DNA of 32,000 nt from Candidatus Kuenenia stuttgartensis (lineage in GTDB: Bacteria > Planctomycetota > Brocadiia > Brocadiales > Brocadiaceae): the NCBI RefSeq assembly GCF_900232105.1, contig NZ_LT934425.1, positions 2,820,001 to 2,852,000 on the forward strand, in the 5' to 3' direction. The translations under genes and the position numbers were made by a program. Shown here in pieces: positions 25,566 through 32,000 of this stretch. The notes below the pieces were generated by a model. The model was not told where the DNA came from and searched no databases. It saw only the letters and a list, made by a program, of their open reading frames with translations. How positions within the stretch are numbered: position 1 is the stretch's first letter; every line of letters begins with the position of its first letter.

Positions 25566-26600
25566 ATGATACAGAGTACAGAAATTTCGACGATCAGTAC
25601 CCAGGTCAATTCTGGTTTCACCACAGATGCTGCCAAAGGTACTGACAATTCTTTGTTCCGGGATATTATTAACCATGAATTAAAAAGCCAGGCATCCCAA
25701 ACGACGTCACATTCCGCCACTCAAACTATAGAAACCGGCAAACCAGCTTTATCGCAGTTAGAGCGTAATAGTTTTGCCATTCAAACAGCCTCTGAAAACA
25801 TAAAAAAAGGAAAAACCTCACCATCGTTTATAGAACAGCTAATAATGTACAAAGAAGACCAACTGTTATCAAAACCCGGCGGGGACTCTTTTGCGCTTAA
25901 TAAAGAAACAAATACAATAGATTATGACTTAAATCAATCTCAATTTAGTAAAAGAGTAGGAAAAGACCTGAAAGATGCCGGCGAAAATATTATTAACATT
26001 TTTAAAGACGTAGGCGCCGGCGCGCCATTTAAGTATGTTGATAGCAATGGTTCCATTCAGGCGGGGGGAAAAGTCGGTTTTTTCGGCACAATAATAAATT
26101 TCTTTAAAGATATTGCCAGCGGATTCACCCTTGGCAAATACACCCCGGAAGGGGAAAGTTCCCCTACAAATGCACTCGACGCAACAAAACACTTTTTCAA
26201 AAAGATATTTGTTGATGCTGTTTTCAAAGACATTGTAGTAGGCGTGCCAAGGAGCGCAATACATGTCAGCGAGAATGCACTGTTTGCAGGTATAAATTTA
26301 TTGGAAACTATTCCGGACGCCACCATTGGCAATTTTAAGGCCGGACGGACAGTGACTACTGAAATCTTTGACGATATGCAGGTGTTCGTTGATTTTGTAA
26401 CCGATGTAGTCCCTATGGGTGAAGCAAATTCCCGGACGCATGCCTTTGCGCTGAATGAGGGTCTCAGGGGGCTTCCTTTTATCCGTAACATTACCAAACA
26501 GGCGCCGGAACCAAATGATGAGAGGTGGAAATATGTGCGAAATACCCCATTCAGAAAATCAATTGAATCGCTTGCAACAATAATCCCCATACGCATGTGA
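25566..26600 (+). CDS. Hypothetical 344-aa protein (polar, disordered-looking N-terminal third; no recognisable domain)
   Basis: Longest ORF in the region, with plausible composition. The antisense 179-aa ORF (26057-26596) is Ser/Leu-rich shadow. No signal peptide or TM is visible. Confidence 0.55.
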   Translation: MIQSTEISTISTQVNSGFTTDAAKGTDNSLFRDIINHELKSQASQTTSHSATQTIETGKPALSQLERNSFAIQTASENIKKGKTSPSFIEQLIMYKEDQLLSKPGGDSFALNKETNTIDYDLNQSQFSKRVGKDLKDAGENIINIFKDVGAGAPFKYVDSNGSIQAGGKVGFFGTIINFFKDIASGFTLGKYTPEGESSPTNALDATKHFFKKIFVDAVFKDIVVGVPRSAIHVSENALFAGINLLETIPDATIGNFKAGRTVTTEIFDDMQVFVDFVTDVVPMGEANSRTHAFALNEGLRGLPFIRNITKQAPEPNDERWKYVRNTPFRKSIESLATIIPIRM

Positions 26601-27109
26601 AACAGGGGGGGGCGATTTACGAATTACGATTTGGGATTTGAATCGCACCTTGTAAACCTACGCTGGCGATACCAGCACCAAGCGAGATATAAAAAATACG
26701 AACTTCCAGCTTGAGGGTAAAATGCCAGAAGCAGTCATCATGTTGCATTTGCAACACCCAGAAACGATGAAAATGGTTTTATAGCCATATAGTGTTGTAG
26801 TATCTGTACTTAAACTATTTTTTGTAGTCTTATTTTCGAGCCGGGATGCTTGTGTTACAATGTACCATTAGTTAACCAAAAATCGGGAATGCTCCTGTTC
26901 AAACCATGTCACCCGCTGGCGGGTGTGCAGAGGGTGGACTGGATTTCTCCATCGATTCAACTACCCCCTTTATTATGAAAACAAATTTGACCCTCTTTCC
27001 CACGCTCCGCAGACGGGTCAAATGGACAATTTTATCCTAATTTTACGACAGGCATTCTCCACTTTAATGGGAAAACAGCACTAAATAGGGTCAAAAACAG
27101 GCATAATGC

Positions 27110-27122
27110 GGGGAGTTGCCCC
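27110..27122. repeat. Left copy of the 13-bp target-site duplication GGGGAGTTGCCCC
   Basis: An identical 13-mer in direct orientation abuts the other IS end at 28505-28517. Confidence 0.8.
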
Positions 27123-27139
27123 ATAAGCGCTAACTTGTT

Positions 27140-27361
27140 TTAGGTATGCTCGAAGTATTTTGATATCTGTGTTTTTCGGATTCTTGTATTTTCTGCTAAA
27201 GAACAAGCAATGTCATTCCAGCACTTAAGAACTTCCTGTAATGATAACGCTGGTTCTATAGCCCGTTTTACTTGATTAAGCATAAAAGCAAATTCACGCC
27301 ATTTGCTTTTAGTCTTCTTGCTTGACAATGAAGTATCCCCAGGGGGAAAAAGACGTAGCAA
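27140..27361 (-). pseudogene. C-terminal continuation of the transposase in the +1 frame (frameshift in a T5C5TG4 tract)
   Basis: The two ORFs overlap at 27309-27361. The minus strand reads ctttttccccctgggg at 27337-27352. The second frame gives FPPGDTSLSSKKTKSKWREFAFMLNQVKRAIEP, a plausible transposase tail. Confidence 0.6.
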
Positions 27362-28412
27362 AATCTATTAGTTTTTCTGTCAAAAGAGCAACGAATAGTT
27401 TGCCATAAAGCCAAGCTTTTGAGCTATCATCATCGTATTTAGGTAAGTGTCCAAATTGTGCTATTTGTTTAAATCTTTTAAAGACCAGTTCAATTTGCCA
27501 TCGAACTCGATACCATTCTAAGATATCAAAAGCGGTAAATTGATTTTCAGGAAACGTTGTGAATACTATTACGTACTTGGCATAAATAAGGGTCTCCGGT
27601 TTTAGTTCAATGCCCTTTTTGCTTGCATGTCTTTTAAGTTTTTTATGAGCTATTTTAATGGCTTCTTCTGTTTTGTGTATTATACAAAGACGACCTTTGA
27701 CATATTCAGTATTATCAACGTTTGGAATAAAAACGTTCCATGATTTTATAGCAAGGGGTCTTTTTAAATATTGGATTTCTTTCAATAAAGGAAAGGGTTT
27801 CTTTTCTTCGCCGAATATCCGTAGAGATTGCGAATTAACTCTAACGCTAAGATAAGCGCCTTTCCTTGTTGCATGATGAATTCCTTGGCCAGTACAGTAA
27901 CCTCTGTCAGCTATAATATAATCATCTTTTTTCATCGGAAACTGCCGAAAAGATTCTCCTGTGCCTTCTCCTTCAGTTCCCGTAAGTTTAAAGAAATCGC
28001 AAGATAATGAAGGAACCTCAATACTATAATGAATGCGCCAAAGACTTCCTGTTTTCCCAGGTTCCTTTACTGTTGTTGCATCAAATAAGCGAAGATGAAA
28101 ATTATTCCGTTTATTAATTTGGAGGCCACGCTCACGGAATAAAGATAAACATAATTTATATAGCCATTCTTTGCTCTTTTTTAATCGCTTTAATAAGGCA
28201 ACATCGGATAAATCTGCTAAGTTAGCACGCTTGGCTCGAACTACTGTTTCACGCAATGAATAGCCACATCCTAAATGAATTAATAATGTTCGAAGAAGCT
28301 TTTCTTCAGATTTATCCTTGCGCAAGCCTTTTAAAGCATTTGTATCAACGGCTAAACTTTTCCAATCGTTTGGGAAGAAAGTTCTTAGAAGATCCCAATC
28401 TTCTCTCATCAT
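27309..28412 (-). CDS. IS4-family DDE transposase, N-terminal 367 aa (frame interrupted near the C-terminus)
   Basis: DDE_Tnp_1-like: LRLFDATTV (D), IIADRGYCT (D) and YRVRWQIELVFKRFK (the Y-x2-R-x3-E-x6-K signature). Confidence 0.88.
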   Translation of the reverse strand: MMREDWDLLRTFFPNDWKSLAVDTNALKGLRKDKSEEKLLRTLLIHLGCGYSLRETVVRAKRANLADLSDVALLKRLKKSKEWLYKLCLSLFRERGLQINKRNNFHLRLFDATTVKEPGKTGSLWRIHYSIEVPSLSCDFFKLTGTEGEGTGESFRQFPMKKDDYIIADRGYCTGQGIHHATRKGAYLSVRVNSQSLRIFGEEKKPFPLLKEIQYLKRPLAIKSWNVFIPNVDNTEYVKGRLCIIHKTEEAIKIAHKKLKRHASKKGIELKPETLIYAKYVIVFTTFPENQFTAFDILEWYRVRWQIELVFKRFKQIAQFGHLPKYDDDSSKAWLYGKLFVALLTEKLIDFATSFSPWGYFIVKQED

Positions 28413-28504
28413 GGCTTTATCCTCCTATAGAGTGATTAGCGGGATAATTAACATAAAAATACCATGATGAATAAAATTTGTCAATAAAACAAGTTAGCGC
28501 TTAT

Positions 28505-28517
28505 GGGGAGTTGCCCC
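28505..28517. repeat. Right copy of the 13-bp target-site duplication GGGGAGTTGCCCC
   Basis: See 27110-27122. Confidence 0.8.
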
Positions 28518-28929
28518 CATTTTTGAGACAACAAAGTTCATTTGACCCAGTCTGAGAGCGTAGAAATTAGAAGAAAAACTTATGGCTATTCATGTTATAA
28601 ACCTCCCAGATTTCCTCCGTAGACAATTCCACCCCCTTAATCCCCCGCCAACGGGGGACAGGCTTGCCACACACCCTTGCAGCTTTCATGCCCTTGTGGG
28701 GTTGATCTGGGTGTATTCCCGGTTCTGCCATGTTTTAATGAAACATACAGTAGTATTAACCCCTGGCAGCGTTGTTTTGCCCCAATCACACAAAAGGTTA
28801 CAAAAAATCGGGAATGCTCCTCTTTCAAAATTTTGATTCATCTTTCAATTGCAACCATCAGTATGCTTTTGTCCCGCATGGTTTTAAATTCCTGCTTTGC
28901 CCTGCTATGATAACATCATTAATTTTTTA

Positions 28930-28958
28930 TTGACATATAACACTGTTTTTTAAATAAT
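28930..28958 (+). promoter_or_regulatory. Putative sigma70-type promoter of the fur-family gene
   Basis: TTGACA at 28930-28935, a 17-nt spacer, and AATAAT at 28953-28958. The background is AT-rich, so a chance match is possible. Confidence 0.35.
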
Positions 28959-28978
28959 GTGTTAATTGTTTAATAATT

Positions 28979-29009
28979 ATTTTTTATTAGGACTGTTTTT
29001 TTATTAGGA
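28979..29009 (+). promoter_or_regulatory. Tandem direct repeat (TTTTTATTAGGA x2), candidate operator in the fur leader
   Basis: attttttattagga (28979-28992) and gtttttttattagga (28995-29009), about 17 nt apart. They lie between the putative -10 and ATG 29023. taataattatt just upstream is Fur-box-like. Confidence 0.3.
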
Positions 29010-29022
29010 TTTACTATTTGTC

Positions 29023-29454
29023 ATGCAAACGGTAGAAAAACTTACGGACACATTAAAGAATAACAGGCTTAAAATTACACCGCAAAGATTGATGATTTTC
29101 AAAGTATTGGAGAATAACACCTCTCATCCCTCTGCCGAGGAGATTTACAAAAAAGTCAAAAAGGTGTATCCGTCCGTATCTTTTACCACAATTTACAAAA
29201 CCCTGGAAACGCTAAGGGATCTTGGTGAAATAAAGGAACTCACCATTGATAAAGACCGCAAGCATTATGATCCTGATATTAGTGTTCACCATCATTTTAT
29301 TTGTTCTGATTGCAGGGAGATATATGACATTCACGAAGCTTTTACCGCCAATATAAAACTTGATGATTCATTAAGAAAAGATTTCTCTGTTTCCGGCTTT
29401 CAGATATCTTTCTTCGGCGTTTGCAGTAAATGCAGCAATAGCGACCGTTTTTGA
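29023..29454 (+). CDS. fur: Fur-family metalloregulator (Fur/Zur/PerR type)
   Basis: Winged-helix N-terminus (LKITPQRLMIFKVLENNTSHPSAEEIY, SVSFTTIYKTLETL), then HHHFICSDC...GVCSKC (two CxxC pairs). Confidence 0.88.
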   Translation: MQTVEKLTDTLKNNRLKITPQRLMIFKVLENNTSHPSAEEIYKKVKKVYPSVSFTTIYKTLETLRDLGEIKELTIDKDRKHYDPDISVHHHFICSDCREIYDIHEAFTANIKLDDSLRKDFSVSGFQISFFGVCSKCSNSDRF

Positions 29455-29499
29455 AGCAATTCATCTCTCCGGTAACTTCCCTGAAATTATGAACAGGCA

Positions 29500-29556
29500 T
29501 TTCAATATTTTTGTAGAGACGCATTGCATGCGTCGCTACATTAACATCAATAACAG
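29500..29556. repeat. Family D repeat, copy 2, containing an 11-bp-stem hairpin
   Basis: tttcaatatttttgtagagacgcattgcatgcgtcgctacattaacatcaataacag. The hairpin is gtagagacgca/tgcgtcgctac at 29513-29539. It sits between the convergent fur and amidotransferase genes. Confidence 0.6.
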
Positions 29557-29644
29557 AATAAAGTTGCTGTCAAACCCACCCAAATTCATTTTTTTGCTCA
29601 TTTCGCACGGTTGAATGGTGTTCTCTCCGTTCCATTTTATACAT

Positions 29645-30382
29645 CTACCGCCAGGATTGCCTTTCTCTTTCCTCACTGAATGTTTCGCTGGCGCGTATAA
29701 ATTCACAAAAGAGTGCTTTTTTGTGTGAGGAACTATTGCACAGACGCTCCGGATGCCATTGCACCCCCAACAAAAACGGATGGTCTCTGCCTTCAATGGC
29801 TTCAATGATTCCGTCAGGTGCACGGGCAGAAACAATTAAACCGCTGCCCGTTTTTTTTATAGCCTGATGATGTGCGCTGTTCACCTCAATGTGTTCTTCT
29901 CCCACAACCTTATGGAGCAAGGTATTTTTTTTTATGGTGACAGTATGTGTCTGTTTTTTACCGGTTAGCCTATGATTACAACATTTGGTGTTCTGGCTGG
30001 GAATATCCTGAATAAGGGCGCCCCCGCAAACAACATTTATCAACTGAATGCCATAGCATATAGCAAAAACGGGGATCTTTAATTGAAGGGCATGATGTAA
30101 AAGGGCAATATCTGAAACTTCTTTGTCAGGATGGATGCATGTCGTGTTTTTATGCCTTGTTTCACCGTACAATTCAGGGGAAATATCATCCCCGCCGGTA
30201 AGAAGAAGTCCGTGCATTTTTTCTAAAAGAGAAACAACCTCCTCTTTTTCTCTCGGCACAGGCAATAAAACAGGTATGCCTCCCCCCATGATTATCGCAT
30301 CGCAATACTCTCTGTATACAAAAGAATGAGGCCGGGTTTTTTCCCAGCGATAATCACAATTTACCGCAATGATTGGCTTCAT
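29645..30382 (-). CDS. Class-I glutamine amidotransferase / gamma-glutamyl-GABA hydrolase family (peptidase C26)
   Basis: PVFAICYGIQLINVV (nucleophile Cys), SAHHQAI and GVQWHPE. ATG 30382 (MKPIIAVNCDY) is preferred over the track TTG at 30394. Confidence 0.85.
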   Translation of the reverse strand: MKPIIAVNCDYRWEKTRPHSFVYREYCDAIIMGGGIPVLLPVPREKEEVVSLLEKMHGLLLTGGDDISPELYGETRHKNTTCIHPDKEVSDIALLHHALQLKIPVFAICYGIQLINVVCGGALIQDIPSQNTKCCNHRLTGKKQTHTVTIKKNTLLHKVVGEEHIEVNSAHHQAIKKTGSGLIVSARAPDGIIEAIEGRDHPFLLGVQWHPERLCNSSSHKKALFCEFIRASETFSEERERQSWR

Positions 30383-30597
30383 AACCTTAAGCAACTATCG
30401 TAAAGGTTTTGACGAAACAGCAAGGCTCGTTTTTATAGTAATGGGATTAAGGAGAGGGGCATTATAGGCGGGAAACATACGTTGGATGATACAGCGGGAA
30501 TATTCCTGAAGTGGTTGGAGTATTAATAATGATGGCCGAAATACATTAAACGAAATAAGTTTTCTTTTTTCGCGTACGTTTGTCTCTTATTCATTTT

Positions 30598-31947
30598 TTA
30601 CAATATATACCGGCTAAGATCTTCGTCTTTGACAATTGCCTGCAATTTATCATTAACATACTTATCGTCAATAATCACTTCCTTACCCCCTTCCATATCA
30701 GGTGCATCAAAGGAGGCGTCCTCCAGCAGTTTTTCCAAAACAGTATGCAGCCTCCTTGCTCCAATGTTCTGAGTACGTTTATTTACCTGCACGGCAATTT
30801 CCGTAATAGTTTCAATGGCTTCCTTTTTAAAATGAACCTTTATCCCTTCTGTCTCAAGAAGTGATTTATATTGTTTGAGTAACGCATTTTTTGGCTCTGT
30901 TAAAATACGTAAAAACTCTTCCTTCCCCAAATCTTCCAGTTCAACACGAATAGGGAATCTCCCCTGCAGCTCAGGAATTAAATCCGAAGGTTTTGAGACA
31001 TGAAACGCTCCTGCTGCAACAAAAAGAATACGGTCTGTTTTGACAATTCCGTATCGGGTATTAACGGTGGTGCCCTCTACAATCGGCAAGAGGTCTCTTT
31101 GCACCCCTTCGCGGGACACATCAGGGCCTCTGCTTGTTTCGCGCCCCGCAATTTTATCAATTTCATCAAGGAAAATAATCCCAAACTGTTCTGTCCTGCG
31201 AATCGCCTCCTGTATTGCCTTTTCCTTATCAATAAGTTTTTCCGCTTCTTCCTGTATTAAAATCCTCTTTGCCTCGGCAACCGGCGCCTTTCTGACCTGT
31301 GCCCGCGGCGGGATCATTTTTTCCATCATGTTCTGAAAATCTATCCCCATATCTTCCACACCGGCGACAAATCCCTGCAACACATATGACTTTTCATGTA
31401 CGGTAAGCTCCACCGTGCGGTTAGCAAGAGCGCCATCCCGCAATTTTTTCCTGAGTTTTTCCCTTGTTTTTATCCGCTGGTCTTCTTTTGCCACCTCTTT
31501 TTCCTTATCCATTTTCTCAGAATTCTTTGGAGTCGGCGGCAATAGCAGGTCAAGAAGGCGTTCTTCCGCCAACTCTTCTGCTTTGCCCTGAACATCTTTC
31601 ACCATCTCTGCCTTTACCATATTAACGCCAATTTCGGTAATATCGCGTATCATAGATTCAACATCACGTCCGTGATATCCAACCTCTGTGTACTTGGATG
31701 CTTCGATTTTAAGAAAGGGCGCCTTTACCATAGATGCCATGCGGCGTGCTATTTCAGTCTTTCCCACGCCGGTAGGCCCTATCATTATTATGTTTTTTGG
31801 TAAAATTTCTTCACGTAATTCCTCAGAAAGCTGATGCCTGCGCCAGCGGTTTCGTATCGCAATCGCCACGGCGCGCTTGGCGCTTTTCTGCCCAATAACA
31901 TATTTATCAAGCTCCTCAACAATCTTTCGAGGCGTCAATTCCTCCAC
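30598..31947 (-). CDS. hslU: ATP-dependent protease ATPase subunit HslU
   Basis: [34 protein letters not shown], and Walker [18 protein letters not shown] start at 31947 (MEELTPRK) has GGAGGA 9 nt upstream and lies 2 nt after the hslV stop. The track TTG at 31992 would lie inside hslV. Confidence 0.92.
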   Translation of the reverse strand: MEELTPRKIVEELDKYVIGQKSAKRAVAIAIRNRWRRHQLSEELREEILPKNIIMIGPTGVGKTEIARRMASMVKAPFLKIEASKYTEVGYHGRDVESMIRDITEIGVNMVKAEMVKDVQGKAEELAEERLLDLLLPPTPKNSEKMDKEKEVAKEDQRIKTREKLRKKLRDGALANRTVELTVHEKSYVLQGFVAGVEDMGIDFQNMMEKMIPPRAQVRKAPVAEAKRILIQEEAEKLIDKEKAIQEAIRRTEQFGIIFLDEIDKIAGRETSRGPDVSREGVQRDLLPIVEGTTVNTRYGIVKTDRILFVAAGAFHVSKPSDLIPELQGRFPIRVELEDLGKEEFLRILTEPKNALLKQYKSLLETEGIKVHFKKEAIETITEIAVQVNKRTQNIGARRLHTVLEKLLEDASFDAPDMEGGKEVIIDDKYVNDKLQAIVKDEDLSRYIL

Positions 31948-31949
31948 TT

Positions 31950-32000
31950 CTATACTTCCTCCACTTTGATATTTTTGTTGGTATAGACACAAATATCCGC
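31950..32000 (-). CDS. hslV: HslV peptidase subunit, last 16 codons (rest beyond right window edge)
   Basis: My translation of the minus strand from the window edge gives [16 protein letters not shown]. This resembles HslV/ClpQ C-termini (..ICxxTN.N..VEE.) and sits directly upstream of hslU. Confidence 0.7.
   Translation of the reverse strand, partial: ADICVYTNKNIKVEEV

Larger units (their letters stand above)
27123..28504 (-). mobile_element. IS4-family insertion sequence (1382 bp) with perfect 20-bp terminal inverted repeats
   Basis: The left IR ataagcgctaacttgtttta (27123-27142) is the exact reverse complement of taaaacaagttagcgcttat (28485-28504). It encodes a DDE transposase and is flanked by a 13-bp direct duplication. 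Confidence 0.88.

Noticed and set aside
26057-26596. 179-aa minus-strand ORF antisense to the 344-aa gene
   Set aside because: Ser/Leu/Thr-rich composition typical of an antisense frame. The plus-strand ORF is longer and more protein-like.
26722-26781. 19-codon mini-ORF (MPEAVIMLHLQHPETMKMVL) with gaggg upstream
   Set aside because: It overlaps a degenerate copy of the 17624 terminator hairpin and is too short to support without expression data.
28582-28910. ORFs 28582-28836(+), 28637-28828(-) and 28677-28910(+) right of the IS
   Set aside because: They lie in the palindromic non-coding flank of the IS, with Pro/His/Cys-rich odd composition and mutually overlapping frames.

Overview
The window is moderately AT-rich bacterial DNA. 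Housekeeping genes sit at both ends: clpB, dapB, a rhomboid protease and an LptF/LptG-type permease on the left, and guaA, a Fur-family regulator, a C26 amidotransferase and hslVU on the right. clpB and hslV run off the window edges, are missing from the ORF track, and were found by my own translation.

The centre (13.7-19.5 kb) holds three ammonium transporters interleaved with two P-II (GlnK-type) proteins, in the order amt-glnK | amt | glnK-amtB. This block follows a ~0.9 kb very AT-rich non-coding leader.

The stretch from 6.4 to 12.8 kb looks accessory. It carries a possible hot-dog-fold protein, a SprT-like Zn-protease fused to a DUF2786-like motif, and a decayed C-terminal remnant of a DASS/SLC13 permease. 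It also carries the most unusual gene set here: two paralogous minimal Hanks-type kinases with the same non-canonical catalytic motifs, bracketing a calcineurin-like metallophosphoesterase.

At 27.1-28.5 kb an IS4-family element has perfect 20-bp inverted repeats, an intact 13-bp target duplication and a frameshifted transposase. It sits inside a larger non-coding palindromic element.

Nearly every intergenic region holds dispersed repeats, which I sort into at least six families. One is a MITE with 25-bp perfect terminal repeats and an 8-bp target duplication. Two families are built from heptanucleotide tandem units. Several track ORFs, and the N-terminal extensions of others, are read-through of these repeats, and I adjusted those start codons.

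I found no rRNA, tRNA or CRISPR array. The triple amt/P-II arrangement and the repeat load remind me of anammox Planctomycetes (Ca. Brocadiales); that is an unverified inference. Repeat coordinates are approximate (about +/-5 nt). All homology statements rest on motifs read by eye, not on searches.
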